A stretch of DNA of 63,756 nt, counting the filler, from Rhabdomonas costata (lineage: Eukaryota), in the NCBI GenBank assembly GCA_019059605.1. It is 48 parts of 48 records of this genome, joined end to end, with 100 filler letters (N's around TTAATTAATTAA, not from the genome) between each part and the next. Parts side by side here need not be neighbours in the genome. Positions count along the whole stretch, not along the records: positions 37,259 to 38,489 come from JAHMHO010022676.1; positions 38,590 to 39,820 come from JAHMHO010022677.1; positions 39,921 to 41,150 come from JAHMHO010022678.1; positions 41,251 to 42,481 come from JAHMHO010022679.1; positions 42,582 to 43,812 come from JAHMHO010022680.1; positions 43,913 to 45,142 come from JAHMHO010022681.1; positions 45,243 to 46,473 come from JAHMHO010022682.1; positions 46,574 to 47,803 come from JAHMHO010022683.1; 40 more parts are not named here. One strand, 5' to 3'. This document shows, one piece after another, positions 37,801 to 48,825 of this stretch. The notes beneath the pieces are model-generated. The model saw only the letters and a program-made list of their open reading frames with translations, had not been told where the DNA came from and did not search any database. The first letter of the stretch is position 1. The number at the start of each line of letters is the position of its first letter. A program made the translations under genes and the position numbers.

Positions 37801-39399
37801 CAGAAACAAAAGAGAAAAAATAAGTGGCGGAACAAAATGTATAAAAACCTTGGTCGAGTTCAGGCGCCTGTGCGGGAAGGTTTCCCTCCACGTGTCCGCC
37901 TTGCTTGCGGACACGGTGGCGGCACCTTTGATGGAGGCTTGCCCTTGCCGCGGGTGTATTGGTGGAAAAGCGGGTGGCAATGGCATGACCGATGTGTAGA
38001 ATGTAGTCCGGAGAAAGTAGTCCGGCTGGGCGAAGGCAAACCGAGGCGGCCCTATAAAAAATCCAGCGGGGGATGTATGAAGAACGGGTTGGCGAAGGTA
38101 CTGTCCTTGGAGGCCAATTTTTATGGCAGAATTGGGAAGGTTGGGCCGGCACGCACGTGATCCGCGTTAAGCGGAAACGTCTTGCAAAAACCACGGAAGG
38201 CGCACCAAAATCGGGAACAAGAAACGTATCCTCTTGTACCGGTTGCCTGCAAATGTGTTTTCCGGCAAAATGCGAACCGACCGTTTCGCTTTATTCTCGC
38301 GGTGCTGCCGTTCGATTTCGGATATGGGAACGGCGTGATCTTCCGGGCTTAAAAGATGGAGCATGGGGCCGGGCCAGGGGACAAAAATGGTGCGCCGGCG
38401 TTGTGGCACCGACCAGCCCTTCACACAGAAATGGCATTTCCGAGGAAGGCCACCACCACAGCAGCACGCCACCGCGACCGTTGGCACGGNNNNNNNNNNN
38501 NNNNNNNNNNNNNNNNNNNNNNNNNNNNNNNNNTTAATTAATTAANNNNNNNNNNNNNNNNNNNNNNNNNNNNNNNNNNNNNNNNNNNNCCCAACACTGG
38601 GGCGAGAAACCCTTGTCGGGGTGTGGTGCATGCTTTTGGCACGCAAACTCCACTCCACTCCGCGTCATCAAATTCACTTGAAGAATTGCCGTAAGTCCTG
38701 AGCGAAGATGCTTATCAGTTAAGTTCGGTTAAGTACTGCTCCGATACACTACCTGCCTAAATTGTAATACTTCCTAAATCTTCACTGCGACGCATTCAAT
38801 GTGTTCGGCCGTCAAGCCACCCAAGAAGATGCTCCCAAACTATTCAACTCCATGAAACGCCCCACCTCTCGTATTTATTGCACGGGTGCGGGTCAACTGC
38901 TGCAGGTCCACGCCGCCCACCATGGTGAGAAGCTTCAGAGATAATTTCAACTAAAATAACATTTAGATTTTTCTATAAAAGCTATGTTATCTCCCTTAAA
39001 AGTGAACGAAAAAACAATTTTCACCCAAATCTGGATTCTTATTACGGATTGGGAAGCTTAAGGATCACAGAGACGATAAGATCTGAATCCTGTCCTGTAT
39101 AATGCGGGCATTATTCTAATACACGGGTTCTGCATCAACTAAGCGCACGCTAATAACTTTAAAAATTGTAAAGATAAATGTGGACGAAATTTTTGGTTCT
39201 CTGAATGATAGCATCAAACAATGCAGTACGGAGCTTGAATAGACTTGAATGCACTTCCAGCTCCAGTTTTTGTGGAAGGTATCCGATTCTGAGCCTTTGG
39301 GTCAAAGAATTTCATCTTTAAGTGGAGACTGTATAACAACATACACTGAGAATACGTCAAAAATTGCTGCACCAAAACCAAATTGGTAAGCTTGTGAAG

Positions 39400-39820
39400 G
39401 CGTGCATAACGAATCGCATCCAGATGCATTGGTCCAGCCTGCGCTCACTCCTCTGGCCACCGCTGAATCTGGCACTGCCACAACAACCTCGGGCCGGGGT
39501 CTTTGGCTTCCTGAAATATTCCTAGGCCTTCTAGCCTCCGCCAAAGTCTGAGAACGCCTTGCCCTTACCTTGACTTCCAAGGCCCCAAGGTACAACAGAA
39601 TGGCATCTTCGTCCAACTGTATCCCCTTAAACAGATTTACCCCGTAATGAATTGCTGGTGGTTGGACTGGAAATTTCCGTCTAACATTTTCATCTGCTCT
39701 TTCTTTTTTCCTTTCAGGAGTGACCTCCACACACACCCTCTTCGAGCGAAATTCTTCTTCCTTCAAAGAAATCTTGACAAAGCCCAAAAGCGCTCTGCCA
39801 TATTGCGTCCCCAACCCACC
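39400..39820 (-). mobile_element. Decayed Ty3/gypsy-like gag fragment
   Basis: Frame-broken blocks QMKMLDGNFQSNHQQF, LLYLGALEVKVRARRSQTLAEA, RPEVVVAVPDSAVAR and MHLDAIRY are collinear with the gag at 58560-59510. Confidence 0.7.
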
Positions 39821-40055
39821 NNNNNNNNNNNNNNNNNNNNNNNNNNNNNNNNNNNNNNNNNNNNTTAATTAATTAANNNNNNNNNNNNNNNNNNNNNNNN
39901 NNNNNNNNNNNNNNNNNNNNTGTAGGCATTCTCGTTCCTGTTGAGGTCGGGGAACCGGGACGGGGGGAAGTCGGGCCACGGGTGGCCTTGGGGCCCTGCA
40001 CAGCCTTCTGCAACTGTGTAAAAAGATTGCCCATCACTGAAAGAAGAGACTTCAG

Positions 40056-41008
40056 CGTGGCCTGGTACTCCTTCTTCGGCCGGGGGGAGCCCAGGCTCTT
40101 GGCGGCCCCCCTGGGCAGGCTGGCGCTGGTGCTACAGCGGCACCAGATCTTAGTGCAATGATGACTGTGATGTCTAGCTCTGCGAAGAAGCAGAAACCGC
40201 AACTTTCAGCCTCCGTGCCTTCAGCTAAGCCTCAGGCACTACAGGTGGGGAGTTCTGGGACCCAAGGAGTCCCAAAGCCGAAGGGTCCGCTGATCGTCCC
40301 TACCCGAAAGGAGCCTCCCCCTGCCGCCCGCGGGGAGCCATTTCCAACCTTTGTCACGGGTCTTCGAAAGGATGACAACACATCTAATACAGGCGCGGCG
40401 GAAAGAGCTCATCCGATTGCAAAGAGGGCCGTCCCAAAGGCTCCCGGACAAGGGCCTGCTTCCGGGCTTCTCGGGGATGCACCTCCGTTGGCATCATCCC
40501 CTGAAAAGGATCGCTTCTCGACATCCTTTTCGAAGCCTTCCACTGAGGTCCTTGCGAACGCTGCAGCTCCGGGTTTAGTATCCTTTTCTGTGCAGCAGGA
40601 AGCCGTGCAGGCAAAGCCTGAGGTTGAGGATGAGGTCGCCCGCCGCATCTCTCGCTCCAAGAGCATCTCTGTCCCCCCGGAGCTTGGTGCTGTGCGGAAG
40701 AAGACGAGCCGGGCTCTCTCTGAGGCCTCATCCACGAAATTGGCGCTCTCGCAAGCCCAACCCCGTGGAGCCAACCGCGCGATGCTGGTCATTGGAGGTC
40801 CCTCACTTGCACTCGACATGAAGCCCAGCCCAACATCAGAGCCTGAAACTGGTTTCCAAGTGCGCGGATCGGTGGGGGCCAAGCCCAGGGCGCCCAAACT
40901 TCCGGGACATCCTGTGGTGCGGGCTGGGCAAGCTGAGGTTGGGCTGGAGGAGAAACTTGCCGAGGTCAAGAACTTGCCCGCCAATCTGGCTCAGCTATCC
41001 AAAATCAG
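40056..41008 (+). CDS. Large low-complexity exon of a hypothetical protein
   Basis: 300-aa P/S/A/K-rich open frame; borders inferred. Confidence 0.5.
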
Positions 41009-43912
41009 GCACGCATTTCATTTTCGCACCTGTGTAATTTATTGGTTTTTTGGTGATTAGCGTGCTTGATTGCGTATTGATGCTGGGAACTGGTCATTAC
41101 TGGGTGTGGCATGTGGTATGCTTTGCTTTGTCAGATTTTCACCAAAAAAANNNNNNNNNNNNNNNNNNNNNNNNNNNNNNNNNNNNNNNNNNNNTTAATT
41201 AATTAANNNNNNNNNNNNNNNNNNNNNNNNNNNNNNNNNNNNNNNNNNNNGGGGTGGGGTGGTTAGGTACTGCTGGAGGTATTGCACCAATGTGGAACCC
41301 GAGCCCTCCAGAACTGCAGCGGAGCTCGGTGAGTGAGACCAGACAAGTAAGAAAAGCAAATAGAGGAAGCGTTGTGACATCCTAAATGAGGAATCGTGGA
41401 ATAATGATGATCACTTCTCGTGATGATATCGTTTCACTTGAAAGAAACCTTCCCACTTCCTAACAACAGTGGTTACACCCTCCAGCCCAAGTGCAGCGGG
41501 GATGGAAGGATGAAAGTCCCCCCCCCCCAACTAAGAAGAATAGCAAATCTTGTCAAAACGCGGTTACCCAGAGTTATCGTGAAAGTTAAAGGCTCAGACA
41601 CCCCCAAACGAACACTTGCTCATCTATCAGGCCATCTGGGTGAGGGAGAAAGCCGCTGATCTGCGTTCATCCTGAGTTCATCCACCAGTGTATCACTGAC
41701 TCTGCTACTATCAAATGCAGAGCGTTCGTGACGAATATGTAATCGAGGAGGGTTTTTAGCCAGCGCGTATAAGATGTGTATGAGATGTGTGATCCTGCAA
41801 CCCTTCAGTTTCGGCAAATCTTCAAGAAACAGAATTTCTCACACAAATTCATTCAGCGACTGCAGTGCGGATCGCCCAACGCTGCATCGCAAATAAAAGT
41901 CCAAAATGGAAACACTGGTATGCGCTGGGATGAGGAGGGATGAGGAGGTCGCAAGAACGAGTTGCCGCTGGCCCACGGCCACACTCTCCCCTCTTCACCT
42001 GCACCCATTGACAGAAGTAGAAAAGGAAGAACGAAGGAGGGGGGGGGTCATCACAGACCACCACACAAGAAAAGACGTGAGGGAATAGAGCAACGAGGAA
42101 AAGGAGAGAGGGAGGCAAGGAAGAAAAGCAGGCCAAGGGATATCGGCCGGCTGGGACTTCGCTGCAACTGCAAACCAAAGCTAAATAATACACTCTGCCC
42201 ATACATGTAAAAAGTAAGAGAGGAATAGAGGGAACCCGGCTACTTTCTTCGCTTAAAACTATGAATCATCACCGCACGGCGGATTGGAAGCGACCACAAC
42301 GAGCTTCACCGGAGAGCCGCGGCTGTGTAGGAGCTGAGCTGGGCTCCGACCGGAGCTCATAGGACTGATCCCGGAAAAATCCAAACCCCCACAGCTACCC
42401 GAGGCACTGCTAGTTCTGGACGCAGCAGCGGGAGAGTTTGAGAACTGAAGAGAAGGCGCAACCAAGGGATTGTAATCCGAANNNNNNNNNNNNNNNNNNN
42501 NNNNNNNNNNNNNNNNNNNNNNNNNTTAATTAATTAANNNNNNNNNNNNNNNNNNNNNNNNNNNNNNNNNNNNNNNNNNNNTTTGTGGTGTGGGGGTGGG
42601 GGTGGAGAAGAGGAGAGGGGATGCTTTCCCTCGAAGATGCAGAAGGTGGGTGCAACGTCTGGCTGTGCACATTTCGGGAAAGACAAGAAGGGACTGTTCA
42701 CTTATACGCCAACCGCGTCTTCCTGTTAGTAGCATACAAACCCATGACCCCCCATCTTCCCAGACACGCGCTGAGGAGCAGTCCTTCAAGGAGCTGTCCA
42801 TGCTCGTTTATTTTTCTTCGAAATATTTCTGCGGGTTCCGCCGCTTCTGGGGTTGTAGTGTCCAAGTGACGATCCTCACACATGGTGCATGTGGCAAAAG
42901 TGAATGTTTTCAATGGAGGTCATTTGGGTACTCTTGTGGACTTGTGCGCTTGTGCGCTGCATACACAAGTTATACCAGCTCGTTTCGACTGCTACTGGTG
43001 CTGCTGCCAAAAAACTTCAACATCACTTGTACGGATTCCCTGTTTCTTAGGGTCGGGGCTGCTCTTCCGCATCGCACATAGGCAGATGGCCTTACCAGCG
43101 GCACCACTCGGGTGCGGTTGGGTGCAAAGCGCCGGCGGGCGCTCTCCAGAGAGGCCAGCAGGCCCCCAGAGGGTTCGAACGTGCCGTTGGGAAGGCACAG
43201 CGGAGACGAGGCCGTGGAGCTGAAGGAGTCCGTGCTGAGCCGCCGCGAGGGGTCCTGCGAAGTGCGAAGGATAAGGAGGAGAAGAGAAATAGAAATGGAA
43301 GTACAAAGCGGACCCATCTACATAAGCACAAACCGGGGAGAACCTTGGCTGACATACCGGTTAGGGGGGAGGGGCAAACGGTGTGAGTCAGCCTATAGTT
43401 CTGTGATTGGGCAGCACGCCAGAATGCTCGGGATTGAGATGCAGGAAGATATTTTGGAAGGGTTAGGATGGCTGCCTCTGGTGCTGAGTAGTCCCATCAG
43501 TTAGCTTGGACTGGAGAGTATAAATACTTTTCTTTCGGTTTTCGACCTGTTGGATTGAAAAAAAAAAGTGCCTCTAGGACATCTACCAGACCCACCCCTC
43601 TGCACATGTAGGTCCGAGGTCCGCGAAAGTCCTCGGGCCCTTTCTCGTTCCTTTCCGTTCCGGGAGTAAACATCCGTATGTCACCGTCACCCAACGAGTA
43701 GGCAAGTAAGTGATCCACCACTAGCCCATCTTCCCAAAATATTTCCGCTGAGCCCCGTGCCCACATGTCTCTACCTAGAGAGAAAGCCCCGCTATCTACG
43801 GCGGCCAGAGGCNNNNNNNNNNNNNNNNNNNNNNNNNNNNNNNNNNNNNNNNNNNNTTAATTAATTAANNNNNNNNNNNNNNNNNNNNNNNNNNNNNNNN
43901 NNNNNNNNNNNN

Positions 43913-44703
43913 GGTTGTGTGGACAGATAATGATGAATTTTGTATAAATATATTTTATCATATTTTCATCAAATTATTAAAACTCCTTGGAATAAAACAA
44001 ATATTTGTATGGTATTAAATGGTGATATGGGTTGTGGCAAATCATTAATACTTGAAAAAATAATAAAATATAATTTTGGTATTAATTGCGCACAACAAAC
44101 ACAAGGATTAAAAAATATTGTTTCACGTTTTAATAGTTGGCTATAAAATAAATTATTAATGGTTGCAAAAGAATCCACAATGTTAAATGATATCACTATC
44201 TATGAATACGACGAAACAAGAAAGAATTTTATTGCAGCTTCAAAAAAAGAAGTTGAAAAGAAAGAAATTGATTTATATACGATTGATGCATATTAAAATT
44301 TAATTATTACAAGGAATCATACAAAAGGAATACATATTACATCTGGTAAAGATAGATTTTTAATAATAGAATGTTCTAATTATTATCAAGGAAATACAGA
44401 TTACTTGACAAAATTAAAAAAGAAGAAATGATTGAAGACAGCATGAGTTTATATGAAAAGTTTTTATTTCACAAAGAGTTTAGATGTGTGTTAAATTTAA
44501 ATACAAATTATACATATGAAGAATTATACGATAAATTTATTAATTGGTACGATAAAATGGGAATAAACCAAAAATACAAACCAAGTAACATGACATTTTA
44601 TAAAGAAATCAACAAATACGGAAAATCAATCAGAAAACGTATTAATACTACATTAATCCACGTATTTATTCTAAACGATGAGACAATACAAAAACTTAAA
44701 TAG
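43913..44703 (+). pseudogene. Decayed viral-type primase-associated SF3 helicase (DUF5906/D5-like) with a C-terminal winged-helix segment
   Basis: Very AT-rich and intronless. LYKYILSYFHQIIKTPWNKTNICMVLNGDMGCGKS (Walker A) …IVSRFNSWL*NKLLMVAKE…EKKEIDLYTIDAY*NLIITRN…KDRFLIIECSNYYQGNTDYLTKL, then a frameshift to …ELYDKFINWY…PSNMTFYKEI. Two in-frame TAA stops. Confidence 0.8.
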
Positions 44704-44962
44704 CTAGAAGAAGACCCCCAGAATTCGCGATTCCTCATTGTAAAATATATGCTCTGTTATAACTATTTGTAACTAATTGTGGTTACAGATCATAAAATGC
44801 ATATACAATTTTGTTTTTTATTATAAATGTAATGTTTGCATCAGTAACCAAGGTAATCTATAATAATTCTTAATGGTTGGTTACCGAAATATAACAAGAC
44901 CTATAAGTCTTATTATATTTTCAATTTAAGACCTCATAAGATCGGTAACCGTTTTCATTTCT

Positions 44963-45142
44963 TTTTGGTTACATACCAGAGAGTTTTCATTGAGACATGA
45001 TAAATGATATTCACGAGCCCAGAACACCCAAGAACAAGTACATGTGATGGTCTTAATATTTTATGGATTGTTCTTGGGTGTTCTGGGCTCGTGAATATCA
45101 TTTATCATGTCTCAATGAAAACTCTCTGGTATGTAACCAAAA
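44963..45142. repeat. Perfect 75-bp inverted repeat with a 30-nt loop at the contig end
   Basis: 44963-45037 is the exact reverse complement of 45068-45142. Confidence 0.95.
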
Positions 45143-45739
45143 NNNNNNNNNNNNNNNNNNNNNNNNNNNNNNNNNNNNNNNNNNNNTTAATTAATTAANN
45201 NNNNNNNNNNNNNNNNNNNNNNNNNNNNNNNNNNNNNNNNNNGTGGCCAACAGCACGTGCGCCAGTCAGTCCCCAGTGGTCACCACCAACCAGTCAACCA
45301 GTCAACCAGGCAACAGCCAACGCGTAATGCGCCCAACACACAGAGAGAGATGGGGGGGGGGGGAAGAGCCGACCTCTTGGTGTGACTCACGGTCAAAGAC
45401 AGCTCGAGCACCCAGCTTCGCGCTTCGCCGTCGTCGGACTCCCTTCAAACGCACCTCCGTTTCTGCAAGACAACCCCAACCCACACAAAGGACTTTTTCG
45501 ATGTTTTCGTGGTGTGCTGTGCAGAAGGCCCCACATTTACAGTGTGCCATCTCTCCAGCACAGCTGTCCGGTTTGACCCCTGCTCAGCTAAAACTGCGGC
45601 GACCCAGCACAAGCATGGTTTTGCTGGAGGTCTTTTCTGTCTCCAGCAGACTTTTGAACTCTGCCTCTGGCCGCTTCTCGGGGTTGCGAATCAACCCTCT
45701 GCTGCTGAACGGACGTTCTTGGGAAAACTCAATGGCGCA

Positions 45740-45783
45740 AAACTGCAGTTCTAGGGAGCTTTAAACTGCGGTTCTAGGGAGCT
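45740..45783 (+). repeat. 21-bp tandem duplication
   Basis: aaactgc(a/g)gttctagggagct at 45740-45760 and 45763-45783. Confidence 0.85.
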
Positions 45784-46773
45784 CCAAGTCTCTGCGCTCA
45801 CCCAGTGTGCTGAGAGCTCAATAGCATCTCTTCGAATCTTCACTTTCATGGAATCCTCAGGCCATCGTCTTCATACCACAGAGATCTCGAGAGGCTTCGC
45901 TGTTTCTTGGGATGGAGCAGCTCCTCGAGGCTGGCATCGGCAGCTGGGTCCATATACTTCCTCTTGTGCGCTGGCTTCCCGCTCTTCCCCTCATTCCCCT
46001 CATCTGCTTGTCAACGGCTCATCATTCTTCCGGTGACATTCACTCACACACAAGCACCACACACCCTTGGCCCACTTCTGAAGGTTGGGGCAGGCAATGC
46101 GGTATCGCCAGTCCTCCGAGGGCACTGACAACTGATGCAGCAGGTGCAGTACCCTGCCGTGCACCCCAGGTCGAGCTGAGCACAGAGGCAGACAGGCGGG
46201 GAGCCCGTGTCGGTGCGCAAAGGGTCAAAAGGAAGGGTGGCCTTGCCTCTCCTTTTCCCGCCCCTGATGGCTGACGTGGCAGCGGCAGCAAGGCAGGCAA
46301 GGCAATACAAACACACAAACAGGCATTCAGCGCCTCATTGTCGATGAAGCGCTTGACACAGTAAAACCTTGGAATCTTGAATATGCGCTGGAAAAACGTC
46401 AGGTTCATTCCGTTGCTTTATTTGATCCCAAAATTCAAGCTGAGTCACTACCAACACCACCAAACACACCCACNNNNNNNNNNNNNNNNNNNNNNNNNNN
46501 NNNNNNNNNNNNNNNNNTTAATTAATTAANNNNNNNNNNNNNNNNNNNNNNNNNNNNNNNNNNNNNNNNNNNNACTTTCCTTTAGGTGGTTGATACAGAG
46601 AAGCCTTGGTTTGCCCAGTGTCCTCGCGGCTGTGTGTAGGTTTGTGTGTCTTCGCGCACACCATGTTCTTTTGGGTGTTCCCGTGCCAGGCGCTTACTTG
46701 GCTACACATCCAGGAACCAGTCCCAGTGGGTGGGAAGTCGTTGGTTGAGGGTCTTTGGGTTTGGGTGGTGCAG

Positions 46774-47537
46774 TGTCGCGAGTGGTGATGCAGAGCGAGC
46801 GGCACCAGATGGAGTGCGTGTATGACGTAAACATTGACGTCTACCCCATTGAGGTGCCCTGCAAGCTGACCATGGCCTGGGCGAAGTCCGTGGATCTAGA
46901 GGGCATGTAAACACGCAGAAGCACACAGACACACGCACGCTCACCGCCCGATCCCCTCTAGCATGATAGGCAGTAGTTCTCAGCAGGCCTCATGGACCTT
47001 GGTTCTGAGCTGAGGGGCCGTGTCTGTTCGGTATCAATATTGTCAGATGTGAGGTCGGGGATGATTGTAGAAAATTCTTTGCCTTCTCGTCACAATTCTG
47101 AAAGAACGGGGGGGGGGTGTACAACAATGCTTTTTTCAAGTGACCCACAAGACGACCGAATGAAGGGGAAATGCTCCTACTTCATCCATTTAGGGTCATA
47201 GCCTACCACTGTTTTACTCAGCGCAGGCAACATTATGCCCTTGTGGGATATTGGTAAAACAAGTTCATCCATTACCAAGCAGTCAGCCGCTGAAAGTCAT
47301 TGCGAAGTTTCTCCGTATCGGAATACTGTTGTCGTGAATGTCGTTTCCGGGATACCTCTGTCCGACTTTCGACCTTTCTTGCTTCTTTGTGTGTGTGTGG
47401 GGGGGGGTAACAGGGAAGCCCACGCCGGACCACTTTGACAAGGCCCTTTGCCTGGGCAAGAAGAGGTCCCTGATGGACAAGTACGACTATGTCACCTACG
47501 GCCGGGTATACCGGGTCGATCATTCCCAGAAGAAAAT
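46774..47537 (+). CDS. RPB8: RNA polymerase I/II/III shared subunit RPB8 (internal exons)
   Basis: Exons 46774-46902 (SRVVMQSERHQMECVYDVNIDVYPIEVPCKLTMAWAKSVDLE) and 47414-47537 (GKPT…RSLMDKYDYVTYGRVYRV) carry the DVN...YP and SL.D.Y.YV.YG.VY signatures; the intron has a GC donor. Confidence 0.92.
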
Positions 47538-47903
47538 GTATGGGGCCATCTCCTCTCCCCCTCCTTTATTCGCTCTCACACCAAATGCGAGCTTGTGCAC
47601 TGTTCGTGTTTGTGGATATTTGTGCCTATCGGGGAGGGGTGGATGTCAATTGTTCTGGGTTCGTGTGCCCGAGGTGCCACAATGCAACCTCGTGGATTCC
47701 GCGTGCCTCACATCCTCACAAAACCGCTGTTTAGGGATCCGTGAGGGAGTGATCACACAGCGTAAAGCGAAAAGGGGCGCTAATGGACGGATTTTGGGCA
47801 TGCNNNNNNNNNNNNNNNNNNNNNNNNNNNNNNNNNNNNNNNNNNNNTTAATTAATTAANNNNNNNNNNNNNNNNNNNNNNNNNNNNNNNNNNNNNNNNN
47901 NNN

Positions 47904-48825
47904 GCTGCTCGCTGGGCCGCTGGCCTGGCCCCTGCTACTGATGAAGGTGGGCGCGATGTTCTCCGTTTGAGCCTTCGACAACTGGCAAGGCGGAGGCGGG
48001 AAGCGGTCGACAAAAAGACCCACATACACTCCTCTCACTACTCTCTGCCACCATTAAATTGGACCCAACGACAGGAAAAAAAACTGCATATGGGCGCGTG
48101 CGTGCGCGTGTGCAGTGCCAACGACCTGTCGACTGTCGGACGCACGCGCCGTTGGCGACTCTCCTTAGCAGCGAACGGTTCCGGTGCCCGCACCCCGCAC
48201 GTCCCTTCTGCCCATGGGTTCCGGCACTCTGTCGGGGTCTCTGAATTCTTCCAGTGTCGACGCGATGCTCCAGTACTGCTCACGTCTCACAAGCTCGTGC
48301 TCAGTCTTGGGTGCAGGAGTGCTATGTGTCTCGCTGTGTGCACCGCAAACCCTCATTAATTTTCCTTTCCTATCTTATTGCTGAACGTGGTGTACAACCT
48401 CGAAACCGATGCTTTTCCTAAACAAGGAGTAGCTCCTTGCGAAATGCCTGCTGACGTGGTTGCGAGTTTCGCCTGTCTTGCTGAAGCGCAGTGCAGTTGG
48501 AACGGGTCACACAAAAAGCGAACGCCGGGAGTGCAGGAAGGAAGGACGAAGGATCTATATTTGACCACACTACAATTTGGACGAATGCTCACAGAACCAT
48601 CACTGTACACAATTCGCATCTGATAAAGTGGAAGAAGGCCCTGGTTCAGGGAAGGGGGAGTGAGTCTGGGGGTATCGGAGGGTGGGCAACCTCCATGGTC
48701 TCCTTTTCGAGGTTCTGCTTTTGTTGCTGGCACTGCCGGCGGAGATTCTTGGTCTCCTGCACATGGCGGTGCTTCTCCACACTGATCTGCCGCTCTACTT
48801 GCGAAGCCCGCACCAACCGAAGCTC
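47904..48825 (-). CDS. Coiled-coil hypothetical protein (partial)
   Basis: Three phase-0 GT-AG exons: 48825-48691, 48305-48201 and 47981-<47904. Confidence 0.55.

Noticed and set aside
38711-38723. cttatcagttaa resembling U2 snRNA stem IIa
   Set aside because: It lacks the upstream GTAGTA branch-pairing sequence and the U2 5' end.
41403-41441. Two RTGATGA boxes suggesting a C/D snoRNA
   Set aside because: No properly placed CTGA D box, terminal stem or recognisable rRNA guide.
44144-44296. In-frame TAA codons in the helicase as stop-codon reassignment
   Set aside because: They co-occur with frameshifts, an apparent internal deletion and eroded catalytic motifs, and TAA is a normal stop in rtcB and at 57628. 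Decay is the simpler explanation.
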